Positions 12,346 through 24,941 of a stretch of 64,000 nucleotides of DNA are shown here, piece after piece. How positions within the stretch are numbered: position 1 is the first letter of the stretch; every line of letters starts with the position of its first letter. Both the position numbers and the translations under genes were made by a program. The stretch is from contig NC_068982.1 in the NCBI RefSeq assembly GCF_001194135.2, positions 175,279,717-175,343,716 on the forward strand. The letters run 5' to 3'. Source of the stretch: Octopus bimaculoides (lineage: Eukaryota). Below the pieces are notes generated by a model. The model had not been told where the DNA came from. It made no database searches and saw only the letters and a program-made list of their open reading frames with translations.

Positions 12346-14279
12346 ATCAAAACAAAAAACACTAAATATTAATCAAATTAACACACTATATTCAAGTAAA
12401 TCTAATTATTTAGATTGGATGTTTTTATGTTTGACAACTCTGACAGGTCGTATCCCATACGACTCTCGGCTTTTTGATATCTGCTGAATCTACAATACTG
12501 AAAACAGGGTTTACTCAGGAAATTTGATGCTTTCTTCTTTTACATTTATTATTGCAAAACTGACTGAGATTGGATAGTTGTTCATGCTTAAAGAAATCAT
12601 GCAGAATCCTTGGATAAGGTGCTTTGAGAAAAAAATTCTATTACGTCTACAGACACTCATTTAAATTGTTCATTTAGTAGGACTGGTTATTATGATATTT
12701 TGAGTTCTGTTTACTATATTTGAACTGAGATCTGATAAATACGAAATATGAAAGAAATATGTAACTTATCAAGGTACATTTGAACTCTTACTGAGATCTT
12801 GAAAAATAGGTTTAAGACTTCTATGAGCCTCAAAATATCGGGCGGCATTTTCTAGACAGTAGCAGTTGTGAAGGAGACATTCCAATATCAACATATGTGG
12901 ATATATGTGTTAAAAGTTCTTTCTTGACTTATTGTAGCTACTGTTAGACTTAAGAAATATATTTTTTATGGTCTCAGAAGAGACTTCAGATAAATCATTC
13001 AGCGTAGGTTGTCATGGGCTGAATATGTTGTGATGAAGATTTCACTGGTTGTTGAAATTTGCTAATTCATGGCCGTTAATAGAAACAAGTTTTCCATGGA
13101 TAGCATATCACACGAAGGTGTTTCTTTTACATTTAGACAATATAGTAATATTCTGAATCATTAAAATTCAAAGTAACGACAACAGAAATCCAAAATTCGT
13201 AGAAAGTCCTCTATATTTTAAAATAATACACTAGAAACAAACATTTGCTTCAGACACAATTTCCTGACACAAGGATTCTTTTGGAGAAATTTTCCTAAAA
13301 TTCCAAAACATATATTATATCTGCTAAACATATATTACAACTGATTAAAAAAATTTGGTATGTTAATTGCAGGTGAGAATAAAATTAAATATATGCACAT
13401 TAATAATGTTGTCTGGGACATGAGAAATACTTTATACCATATTTAAATTGATTTAAATCGATTGGAAGATTTTTGCCTTCCATTGTAGTGTGCTTGCTCT
13501 GACAGAGCTCTCGCTGACCGCTGACTGCTTTATATTTTTTGATTAGCTGTATCTTACATACTACTCTGTCATAGATAAATGACCTTATTATGGCCACATC
13601 TAATCATATACACTCCTATGCTGCAGATAAACCATTTCATTTCTCTGTAACTGTATATGATTGTCACCTGAAAGGTGTCATCCACACGCAGCTTAAACTG
13701 CTAACACCAGGCACCCACTACGCAACACTTCTATAAACAAAGATCTTGAAAACATTCCCTAGTGAAAGACACGATAAACTAAGCACTGCATATCAAAAAC
13801 ATAATCCTGCAACCCACCATTTCCTTTACTTATGAATAGTTCATAATAAATACTTAATATTCCAAGTTACAAACAATCTCTCATGATTACAAAATTAATA
13901 GCGTAGTCAAAACTATATTCCAGGAGCTTGACTTCTTTAAGGCCATAAAATACTCCAATGCTGACCAGTTGATACCGTTTGACCAACAACAGAATAATGC
14001 CTTGATGAGGTAGCTGCTTCTACGCATAAAGATTTTAGATAGCAACAGAAAAGAAGACCATCTGATTGACTTACACAACATTATTAGTTATTCCCCCTTT
14101 GCAGACGGGTCTACAGATATTCCAGTTCTTTGTTCCTCTGAAATAGCAAGCAATCCACACGAAAGCTCTCTCAATGCAACCACCACTCACCTTACCATAT
14201 ATCTTTCCTCCAAATACTCATACTAAACATTTGTCAAATCACACCTTACCGAGACAATATCCGTCTGAAATTTAATTTA

Positions 14280-14930
14280 CCAGGTTGAGTCAAAAGATCT
14301 TCGTATCTTAAGCTTTAATTGACAGTTCAAATAGATTACATATGAAAAGCATTTATTCATCAAAATATATCCCATCATATTCTGTTACCTGTTGCCATCG
14401 TTCTGCCAGAAGCTCAATTCCACATCCATACCATTTGGCTAGTTTAGAGATAAATATCTCCCTACATCGGTTTTCAGCCCCATCCACTTTGTTAAACCTC
14501 CATGTATACAAGAAATGAGCCATGGCTCTGAAACGGTGGTAATCTGATGCTGCAAGATCTGGACTGTAAGCAGGGTGAGTCAGCACTTCCTGCTCCGCAA
14601 CTTTCTCCAGTTAGCACTTGATCGTATTGGCAATGTGTGCTGAGGCATTGTCATACTGTAAGAGTATATTCGATTGACCAATACCGAAAAGCGGGCTTTT
14701 AAAGCTTCATATACTCCCTGCAGAGTCGAGCATAGAAGTTAGAGTTTACAGCATGACCATCTGGACAAGTTCAAAGTGAAATTCCTCGTTGAAATTCCAC
14801 AACATAATCACCAACATAATAACCAGTTCAAACCTTGTCTGAAGCCTGGGCAGGACGAAGCCACTGCTCTCTCTTATTAGGATTACGAAAATAAATCTAT
14901 GTTTCATCCTCAGTTGTTTACACTTCCTTG
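14280..14930 (-). mobile_element. Mariner remnant (3' ~half, second family)
   Basis: ORF 14586-14353 LTHPAYSPDLAASDYH..ELLAERWQQVTEYDGIYFDE; upstream TEDET*IYFRNP..QWLRP; TIR-like CAGGTTGAGTC at 14281. Confidence 0.85.
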
Positions 14931-15049
14931 ATTCTGGTCAGTAGTCGGTTCATGAGGAGATTCTCGACAGCATCTGAATCTATTAACATATAATACTACC
15001 CCATTGTTACCTACTGACTCTATAGGGAAGTTGCATCCAGTAGACACAC

Positions 15050-15267
15050 TACGCTGGAGTGCTAAAATGTTCCTAGCTTTAAGGGCACCACGAAAGGCTT
15101 GGATGAAGGCCCAGCCTTCCGATTTATTTTACAAGGTTTAGAAGAACTGAAGGACCGTTGCAATAGAGGGGTATATGAGAGGGGAATATTTTGAATAAAA
15201 TCATAATTAACTGATCTTCCTGTATTTTCTTTTACCCAAAGCCAGAAGCATTTCAGCAACCCTCGTA
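15050..15267 (+). mobile_element. Mariner-derived MITE (~220 bp), copy 1
   Basis: TA-flanked TIRs ~CGAGGGGTGCTGAAAAGTTCCTGGCTTT; homologous to 25287-25481 and 29189-29411. Confidence 0.85.
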
Positions 15268-15783
15268 TATACTAAATGAATGGTAGTAGAAAACCATTGC
15301 AATGAATATCTCCTTCGGAGGTGAAACCAGTTCGTAATTATGTATCTTGGAGTATTTAATAATGTGCGTTGAATTTACTTTTAATGAAAAAAATGTACTT
15401 TGCAATACATAATCTTGAAATTATTTGATTATAAAATACATTTTGTATATAATGTGATATTTTGGAATATGTAATAATGTATTTTAAAATAATTTGATTG
15501 TAATAACATGTTTATCAATAAATATTATTGNNNNNNNNNNNNNNNNNNNNNNNNNNNNNNNNNNNNNNNNNNNNNNNNNNNNNNNNNNNNNNNNNNNNNN
15601 NNNNNNNNNNNNNNNNNNNNNNNNNNNNNNNNNNNNNNNNNNNNNNNNNNNNNNNNNNNNNNNNNNNNNNNNNNNNNNNNNNNNNNNNNNNNNNNNNNNN
15701 NNNNNNNNNNNNNNNNNNNNNNNNNNNNNNNNNNNNNNNNNNNNNNNNNNNNNNNNNNNNNNNNNNNNNNNNNNNNNNNNNNN

Positions 15784-15929
15784 TATATATATATATGTAT
15801 ATATATATATATAGATATGTATAGATATTTATACATATATATATATTTATGAGTATGTATATATATGTTTGTATATATATATAAATAATATATGTAAATA
15901 TACATCTATTTACACACACACACGCACAA

Positions 15930-15968
<39 letters not shown>

Positions 15969-15976
15969 CACATATA

Positions 15977-16007
<31 letters not shown>

Positions 16008-16015
16008 TTGTATAT
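15784..16015. repeat. (TA)n/(CA)n/(CATA)n microsatellites; also (TA)n(TG)n at 16319-16460
   Basis: Read directly. Confidence 0.95.
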
Positions 16016-16318
16016 AAAAGTTGAATAAGTCACTGGATTTTCAGCATATAAGAGTACAGAATTGCTTGGTATTTTTCGTGTTTCCGAAATGTCATCGACT
16101 GTGAACTCACAAAGAATATACCTTCAGATAAAAAAAACGTGAACAAAATTTCACTAGTGTAAAGTCACTTACGTAATAGTACCGTTGGGATTTAATAGCT
16201 AAAGTACCAAACATACGAGTAAATATACAAATGCAGGAATAAGCATCCCGCACATACTGTGGAAGTTAAATACATATCTCAACAGATTGTTTCAGTCTCT
16301 ATTACTAGAAGTTTCGTC

Positions 16319-16446
<128 letters not shown>

Positions 16447-16464
16447 TGTGTGTGTGTGTATATT

Positions 16465-16660
16465 TGTGTGTCTGTGTTTGTCCCCCAAACATCGCTTGAC
16501 AACCGATGTTGGTGTATTTACGTCTTCGTAACCTACCGGTTCGGCAAAAGAAGCCGGTAGAATAAGTACTGGGCTTACGAAGAATAAGCCTTGTGATTGA
16601 TTTGATCAACTAAAGGCAGTGCTCCAGCATGGCCGCAGTCAAATGCCCGAAACAAGAGTA
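16465..16660 (+). mobile_element. SINE family A (CORE-like), 3' half
   Basis: TTTGTCCCCC..CGCTTGACAACCGATG..TTCGGCAAAAG..AGGCAGTGCTCCAGCATGGCCGCAGTCAAATG; same tail as 45165-45355 (-), 53051-53170 and 60085-60260 (-). Confidence 0.88.
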
Positions 16661-16879
16661 TAGGTTATGAGAGGTAATAATGTCAATAAGACCCAAAGGT
16701 GTCAGGTAATGCTGAGTTAGTGCTATGGACAGACTATAGTTAAGCTCCAGGTTCGGCGATTATGCGAATGAGGAGTCCAACGTAGGTTATATATCAGCAT
16801 GCGTATATATAAAAAAAATTTCAGAATGAGATAAAACATCCAAGGGTATGAAAGATTTTAGAAAATTTATAGATAGAAG

Positions 16880-16926
16880 GTCTTACAGCTGTTTCTGGGA
16901 TATTTATATATCCCTTCATCGGAGAC
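16880..16926 (-). ncRNA. Minimal type I hammerhead ribozyme motif (Penelope-type)
   Basis: Minus-strand RNA reads GUCU-CCGAUGA-A-GGGAUAU-AUAA-AUAUCCC-A-GAAAC-AGCU-GUA-AGAC: stem I GUCU/AGAC, 7-bp stem II, palindromic stem III ACAGCUGU, GUA cleavage triplet. The core has U4C. Confidence 0.7.
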
Positions 16927-17529
16927 GGTGTGAGAAAATGGTTAAGCAATAGTTATTTTAGATAAGATATGAAATAGAGAGTGAAGTGGAGGAATGAAAA
17001 CAGATGTGAGATAAGCAGATGCATCCCTGCATATCTCACGTCTATTTGGGCAACCTCATGGTAGAAACAGCTGTAAGAGTTTAGTACTTTTCACTCATTT
17101 ATTCTTTTTTCATTTATTTACTTTTATTTATCTATTAATTTACTTGTTTATTTGTATAATTAATTTGTTTATTTTGATTACTTATACATATGTTTGTAAT
17201 TAATTAATAAATAGATCTAAATGAATGTCTACAGGCTGATGTTTATCGATTGAGTATCCTCTCCATTTTCATATATATATGCATATAGATATATATGCAT
17301 ATATATATGCATATAGATATATATGCATATATATATGCATATATATATATATATGCATATATATNNNNNNNNNNNNNNNNNNNNNNNNNNNNNNNNNNNN
17401 NNNNNNNNNNNNNNNNNNNNNNNNNNNNNNNNNNNNNNNNNNNNNNNNNNNNNNNNNNNNNNNNNNNNNNNNNNNNNNNNNNNNNNNNNNNNNNNNNNNN
17501 NNNNNNNNNNNNNNNNNNNNNNNNNNNNN

Positions 17530-17560
<31 letters not shown>

Positions 17561-17599
17561 CATGTATATATATATATATAATTGACCGTTGACTGAACA

Positions 17600-17770
17600 C
17601 TATTCAATTTTTTTTCTCCGTGTTTTTCTCCTTGTCTCCGTATTCTTTCTGTTGAAGAGCGTAGCTCAAAACGTTAAAGACTTTCCGTATTCCCGAGCGT
17701 CATACTAATACATCCTTTTGTTGTTTACACCACCTGTCCTCGTCTGTTGTTTTTTTCGTACATTCTCCCA
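17600..17770 (+). repeat. Penelope-like terminal repeat fragment with a degenerate hammerhead
   Basis: TCTTT-CTGTTGA-A-GAG-CGTAG-CTC-AAAAC-GTT-AAAGA at 17644-17680. The family assignment is inferred from this motif only. Confidence 0.4.
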
Positions 17771-18822
17771 TATATATACATATGTGTGTGTGTGTGTACA
17801 TAGTCGCATCGTTGAATAAACTATATGCAGGTACAATGATATTTAACACGTTGGTGATGAGGTTAAAGTTCTCCTGAAACTGTATTTGTAGCGAAAATTC
17901 TTCCCACGTTCGAGTATACGCGAATGTGTTAGATATAATTTGCATATGCGAAAATATTTTTCGACGCTGCTTCGTGCGACACTATTCAGTTATTTCGTGC
18001 ATGACCAAGATTTATGCAGGACAGTAAATTGACACTTAGCTGTTCTCATCCGGGCTGTGAAAGACGAATCTGATTTTCGTGTCTAATTACGTAACAGCGC
18101 ATAAATGCATGCGTCCCAGGATTTGATAACATCATTCATGGCCCAAATGTGTTTTCAAGCATATTGTCCAAGACTATTTCAGCAGTCAAAAGTTTTATCG
18201 TTCGTGTGACATACGATCGCACATGTACACACACACAACCACCACCACCACCATCACCATACACGCACACATACACACGCTTACACACACACTTCACTAA
18301 ACCACACACACGCATACACACATTCGCACGCGCACGCACACATACACACATACACATTCACACAGACAGATACACACACACACACATAGAAGATAAATAA
18401 ATAAATAAATAAATAAATAAATATATACATGTCAATTGGTTAATTTGTTGTGAAGAAAGAAAAGGGTGATTTTTTTATAATAAAAGTTGAGAAAAAAAAA
18501 TACTATAAGAAAATTCATCTACTCTGTTTATCATGAAAAAGCTATTTTTTGAAGCTGTATACATTTCGATTTTCAAGTCTTTATAGTGCAGATATTGTTG
18601 GACATTCTTCTAAAGAAAATTAAGGATATTTTTATCAATAATGTTGAGTTGAGAGTATAGTATTAATAGTCCAGTATTTATATCCTAAAGTTGTGCGTCG
18701 TTATACAATTCAGAGAGGATAAATGAAAGCGAAGAAATTTATGAAGAATCGTTATCTTGCCGAAAGGACAAGAGTATTTCAAATAATAAAGTAAAATGTA
18801 AAGTTCTATCTCAAGCCATACA

Positions 18823-19011
18823 GACTCATAAGGGCCGGTTTCCCGGTTTCAAAGGTGTGTATCTTTCCTCTTGGACAGGACGCCAGTCCGTCGCAGGATT
18901 ACTCTTTTTTGACAGTTGAATGAATTGGAGCAACATGAAATGAAGTGTTTTGCTCAAGATCACAACGTGTCGCCCGGTCCAGGAATCGAAACCACAATCT
19001 TACGATCATGA
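18823..19011 (-). mobile_element. tRNA-derived SINE (family D head, CORE-like middle)
   Basis: Reverse complement TCATGATCGTAAGATTGTGGTTTCGATTCCTGGACCGGGCG..TTGAGCAAAACACTTCATTTC..CCTGCGACGGACTGGCGTCCTGTCC; B-box-like TTCGATTCC; similar to the head of 24942-25281. Confidence 0.75.
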
Positions 19012-19539
19012 TTTCTATTAACAGCCTTGTTGTTTTAGGGTTCAGATTTCAGGACTCAGTTCACCATATCATGTGCAGGAGGGACACATTTCAACTAAAC
19101 GTACTGGTGTTATTTTCAACCACTGACCAACAGTTTGCTGATGAGAATTTAAAAAAAAATCCAAATCTATGCTGAAAGATTGTTGTTTTCAATGCAATAC
19201 ATACTGATGCGTTCACATTTTGTAAAGAATAGGAGTCTAAACATATGAAATTATACATACATGCAAATGTTCCATGAGTCCAAGCAGTTCCTGTGAATGA
19301 ATCTTTTGACTTTTCAGCGCAATCAGCTATAAAGCCAGTAGAACAACAGAGGTTCAGACAAACAGAAACCGGCTGCAACTCAGTTTTACTTTATGCGAAT
19401 TTACCTTCTCCTAGAAGTAAATTCTAACGAGAACTCGGGATTCTTCCCTCCTAGTAATTAACATGCTAGTTAGCCCATAGCTGGCAACTTAACAGCTGCT
19501 ACTACTTTGAGCTAGAGTACATACATACATACATACATA

Positions 19540-19955
19540 CATACAAACGAAAATAGCTACTCTGCATTATTGAGGAATCTACAGCTACTCTATCCAGATT
19601 ACAAGTTCAGATTTATAGCTGTAATTATTGGGGCACTGGGATATGTAAGACGTTGCCTAACTACCAATCTTGAGAAATTAGGCTTCTCAAAACTAGAAAG
19701 GAGAAAGCTGATTCGAAGACTACAAATCCAAGCCATCACTGGAACTGTAAAAATCTGTAAAACTTTCCAGAAGTCTATCATTTAAATATATATGAGCAAG
19801 TATCGACATGCAACCGTATGCTTGAGAATACATACAGAAAACAAAGCATACATATCTGCACATATACATACAAAAATACTCTGTTGATGTTGAAATTCCA
19901 ATGAAGGAGCCTTGGATTTAGGTTAGAAACCGGCTCTTTCTCTATTGGCAAGAAA
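19540..19955 (+). mobile_element. R4/Dong-type (RLE) LINE 3' end
   Basis: ORF 19570-19785 ..FIAVIIGALGYV...LEKLG..LQIQAITGTVKICKTF is the typical C-terminus after the RLE domain, followed by a 3' UTR. Confidence 0.75.
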
Positions 19956-20105
19956 TCTTGAAATAAGGGCATCCAGCTGTAGAAACTCTGCCAAATTAGA
20001 CTGGAGCATGGTGTTGCCATCCGGTTTCACCAGTCCTCAGTCAAATCGTCCAACCCATGCTAGCATGGAAAGCGGACGTTAAACGATGATGATGATGATG
20101 ATGAT
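19955..20105 (+). mobile_element. SINE/RTE-type 3' tail ending in (GAT)n
   Basis: AAGGGCATCCAGCTGTAGAAAC..CCAACCCATGCTAGCATGGAAAGCGGACGTTAAAC(GAT)n. Confidence 0.6.
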
Positions 20106-20134
20106 ACATACGTACGTACGTACATAAATAAATC

Positions 20135-20136
20135 TG

Positions 20137-20180
<44 letters not shown>

Positions 20181-20263
20181 GATTTATCTATCTATCTATC
20201 GATTTATCTATCTATCTATCGATTTATCTATCTATCTATCGATTTATCTATCTATCTATCGAT

Positions 20264-20301
<38 letters not shown>

Positions 20302-20412
20302 GTGTATATGTATATCTTTACATACATTCATATATATATATATAAATTGATACACACACACACACACACATATATATACATAATACAAATGTGTGTGTGT
20401 GTGTGTGTGTGT
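20135..20412. repeat. (TCTA)n with a 20-bp higher-order unit, plus (CA)n/(TG)n
   Basis: GATTT interruptions at 20181, 20201, 20221, 20241 and 20261. Confidence 0.95.
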
Positions 20413-20679
20413 AAACACTGAAAATGTCTCAAAATATGAAGCATTAAAAAGAGTGTAGGAAACAATGAAAGAATAGAATTTGCTTCTTATGGAAATAGAA
20501 GAAATAAAATCATATAAAAATAGTGTTGACAAAATCTTATAATTATTATCTGCTCAATTCGTACGCTAAACGTTTTTTAGTTTTAAAAATTGTACTTTTA
20601 TGTAACATCATATAAAATGCTTGTGTACGCATAAAGACAGCTTCCTACTCCCCTTCCTCTTCCTCTTCCTCCTCCCCCA

Positions 20680-21224
20680 AATGATGATGATTATGGTCGT
20701 CATAATCATCATCATCATCATCATCGTTGTCGTTGTCGCTGTCATTGTCGTCATCATCATCATTATCATTTACTATGAAGGATAAATATATAATGAAACC
20801 ACCACCACAACAACAGCAGCAACAAAAACAACAATAACAATAACAACATCATTAGTAACTAATAAACCAACGTTTTAGTTATTGTGGGCAACTATGTATA
20901 TTAGATATGAGAGAGAACTTTATGCGTGGGTGCGTGTTTTTGTATGTAGATTTTTATTATTTAAATGTCACAACGGAATTTCTATCAACATATCAGTTTC
21001 CTATTCTTAGCTTAACCATATTTATGGATTATTGGTCAAATGATGACCAGAATCATCCAGTTTCCTTTGGATTCTACTGGAATAATTGAAATCCGACGAT
21101 AAGCTCCGCCATGCAGGCGACCGATATGGCTATAGCAGACGACATTATACACATTACTTAAGCAAGAAATATTTTGGTTTTTAAATTTATTTATTCTTTT
21201 TTGCGTATTACGTTCATCATCCAT

Positions 21225-21256
<32 letters not shown>

Positions 21257-21600
21257 GCTACTGCTGCTGCTGCTGCTGCTACTACCACTACTACTACTGC
21301 TGCTGCTGCTGCTGATGATGATGACAAAAATACTTGTTTTTAATTTAAGCATAATGCCAGCAATTTCGTGGGAAACGTATTCAACGTTACATCGACCTTA
21401 GTAATTGACTGGTACTTTGTTTCATTGACGCCAGAGAGATGAAAAGAAAAAAAAATGAATGCAGTAGGATTTGAACTTAGAAGTTAGGCAGCCGGAAGAA
21501 ATACTAGAAATCATTTTGTCTTATGCTCTAACGATTCTGTCAAACCATCATGATGATGATGATAATGATGACGATGATGATAATGATGATGATGATGAAA
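20680..21600. repeat. Trinucleotide tracts (GAT/CAT/CAA 20680-20850; CTA/CTG 21227-21325; GAT 21548-21598)
   Basis: Read directly; they explain the poly-L and poly-D ORFs. Similar tracts at 28101-28150 and 32923-33000. Confidence 0.9.
21385..21545 (-). mobile_element. SINE family B, degenerate copy; others at 32690-32800 (-), 37790-37895 (+), 53205-53300 (+)
   Basis: Shared GTCGAT..GTACCAG / GAGGTCGACTTTGCCTTTC / GAGTTCAAAT motifs. Confidence 0.7.
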
Positions 21601-23834
21601 GTAATAGATTTAGAAGAAAGGATAAAGCTTGTCTCTTAGTTGCTATGAAGTATTTCTAACGAATAGTTTGTTCATTAGAAAATACTTTATAATCAGTTTG
21701 ATTTTACGAGCTTCAATTGTCTGATTCAAAAGAATGCTAATAAACAAATAATGACAAATGATCTTTTTGCAAGATTAAGCAGGTTTAATGAACTATTTTT
21801 CTATTCAACATCAATGACCTTTTTACTATCATATCCAACCATATACAGACGTATTTTGGCGAGATCATTCCTTCTTACCCTTTTCTTCTTACAAGTTTAT
21901 ACCAATTTAACAGCTCTCTGTACAACCTACACGTTCACTTCTAATATGCTGTCCTGACAATCTTAATAATTCAAAAAATAATAACCCAAAGATTTCCGAA
22001 CTCTAGGAAAAATAATTCAAAGATAAAAACAGAATTGTCCATCCTGCTTAATAAATAATTCACAACTGAATGCTTCATTTACTAACCACATCTAATGACT
22101 TTTACTGGGAGGCTTTTTATCTGCAACGAAGACATTGGGCTATTGAAGGTACTTCAAGCTTGAGTTGTCTGGGATTTGACAAGATTCATCTCGATGCACT
22201 CTCTCATAGAATAGCTGCTGTATTATCTTAAATAGTATGCCTGCATCAGCAATCATAATATTGATTTCGTTTGACGAGGTAGAATATCGATTTTCAAAAA
22301 AAGAAGTGCTATAGTTGATTTAATTGAGTTCAATGTATCACTAATAGAAATAGTGAATGATAAAATCGGTAGAGTGCTTGTCAAAAGGCCGTACACACTT
22401 CAGTTACATCCCTTCACATTGACTTCCAATCCCACAGGGTCGACTTTGCTTTTTAAGCTCTCAGGTAAAAATATAGTAGTAGTCAAATATTGTAGTAGTC
22501 AAATAAAGTAGTAGTTAAATATTGATGTTCCATGCAATAAGTTACATCAACTCACAAGATATGTAGCCTTGTACCTGTATTAGAATTTAATACAAACTGG
22601 GAGTCATTTTATGACCTTGGCCAGATGACTGGCAAAACGAACCACAATATAATATGAAATATGTACTTAAAGAAATTAACTCCTGAAAGTACGTCTTTTG
22701 CTACGAAAATATAAAACTAGTTTAACTTTTAAGGCGATGGAATAGTCAGTGGAGGAAAAGCAAAGATGATCCAGATAGCATCTGAATTCAAAATCTAGAT
22801 GGGAAATCGAAGTATTATTAAGAATTTACTTAGTCCAGTGCTCTATCGCTTCTCTTAATTCATTGTACTGTCCTTAGAGGATTACGTGACATAGAAAGCT
22901 ATCTACCATAACGGTAAACCTTTCTTTGACTGCAGTTAGTATCACTGCTCAATAGTGTGTTATGGTTATTACATCTGGTGTGCCAACATGAGAGAAAGAG
23001 TTTTTAAGCGGGCGCTTGACCTGCCAAACATAGCAACTAAATCTTTCTCAAACAACACTACAGTTTTAAAGGAATGAAGGATACCTTGAATAATGTGGTC
23101 CTGGACACTGAATAAAAGACACAATGATCATAGTTTGAACGCTTTTCATTTAAGATCTACATGAACACAACTGACTAGTAGCTAAACAACATCTATTCAC
23201 GTGAAGTTTCATTAATGTCTATTTCTTAGAAATAAAAAATATTTGTCATAGAAGTTAAATTTTCTTTGCAACATTACTAAGAGTTGATTCACCTACGTTA
23301 CAAAGACCACTAATAAATCAGACCCCGAAATTCCGAAGTTAGTTTATCGTAACCTAGTTTCCAGCGTTGCGATTTATTCTTAACTAAAACCTTTAAAGAT
23401 CCCAGTCGATCAAGTTCAATGCTTCTCAAATTTTTAAGCGTCCCTTTTCTTTTACTAACACTTTTCCAACATCCCCCGATACGATGTAACAAAATTAAAT
23501 ACATCCCAAAGAATTACTGTCTTCAAGTCAATCACAGTTAAGAGACGAGACTACTTAAACATACGTATTTTCATCGCTGTAATATAGAAGGTCAATACAC
23601 TTCAAACTTTGGAGATGATTCAGAAGACTATAACCATCACTCTCCTAATATTTGGAGGGAGGAGTAATTTAGTTCCGGGTAATAGTTTGAGGTGGTTGAC
23701 TACTTACTACCTTACTAAACCACCCTACATCAAGCGAATATTTGACACATTACCGCTGACCTTTGTTATTGACCCCACCTAGCCATTAACACGAGCATCA
23801 GACAAGCTCATACATGTATGCATANNNNNNNNNN

Positions 23835-23872
<38 letters not shown>

Positions 23873-24399
23873 TGTATGTATGTATGTATATATACACCAC
23901 TCATATGAATGTATGCATGCATACCCCCTTAACAACCAGTTGAAATTCATATTCCAATTTATAGATGTATTTGAACATGTAAAGGACCGCATACACACAT
24001 ATAGTGATTTTTCTGCCCATGAGCGAGTCTACATATGCCTCGTCATATATGTGGATTGATTTATTACATTAACAGATGGCATTCATAGCTAGTATCACCA
24101 ACGTTCAAACATGTACCTATGCATATATGCACGCATGTGAGTCAGAACGTTACCTTAAGTTACAGCTGTAGCTTGGGGTGAATAAATGTGCAATATTAAT
24201 CATGAAGACGGGTTGAAAGATTAAATCTGTTGGGATAAATTTACCGCAAGATAACATCATTAGACCACTAGCAAACAACGAGGGACAGAAGTATCTAGAA
24301 GTGCTGCATGATAGATAATAAAATAACAGAAAGTGAGACGAGAAAGTCTCGAAACAGTAGAAAAGAAGGATCAGAAACGTAGGTGACACAAAACTAAAA

Positions 24400-24935
24400 A
24401 AAGGTAAGAAGTATGATGGCTATGCTAGTGTTAAGATACTCTGCTCCTTTTCTAAAGCACTGGTAAGCTGTGCACAACACATAATGCACATCGCCCAAAA
24501 AGTAATACTGACAGGTTCTATTTAGCAAGAAAACAGGAGGTAGAAGTTTGTTAAATACAGAAAACACTATCAGTGCTCCAATTTGGAGTTTGAAAAACTA
24601 TGTTGGTTATAGAGAGTAAAGTTTATGAAAGACCGCCAGTAAAGGAGAAGTTACTGAAACGGTGAGAAATACCAAGAACAGAAAAATGGATGGCATGTCA
24701 AATAAGTGGCCAATTCATGCAACAAATCGAAGATGTTGGAAGTAAAGAGCGGCAGTTGTACTTGACCTATGGAAACCTGAAACAAGAAACTGAATCGCTA
24801 ATTAAAAGCCATCCGGGTAAAAGCCATTAAAATGAATTTTATATCGACAAAGACTGATGAAACTCAGTAACAGAGCAAATACAGAATTTGTGGGAAAGGA
24901 GACGAAAGTGCTAACCTTTTCTTTACAGAGCGCAG
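24400..24935 (+). mobile_element. R4/Dong-type LINE remnant (CCHC-proximal region)
   Basis: Manual translation GQFMQQIEDVGSKERQ..GNLKQETESLIK..AIK..DK....KYRICGKGDESAN matches the LKxETExLIxAxQ / CRxCxxxxETxxH region. Confidence 0.6.
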
Positions 24936-24941
24936 CACGGT

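Noticed and set aside
24325-24365. GAGAC-GAGAAA-GTCTC-GAAAC as hammerhead stem II
   Set aside because: The CUGANGA core is absent and no stem I/III can be formed.
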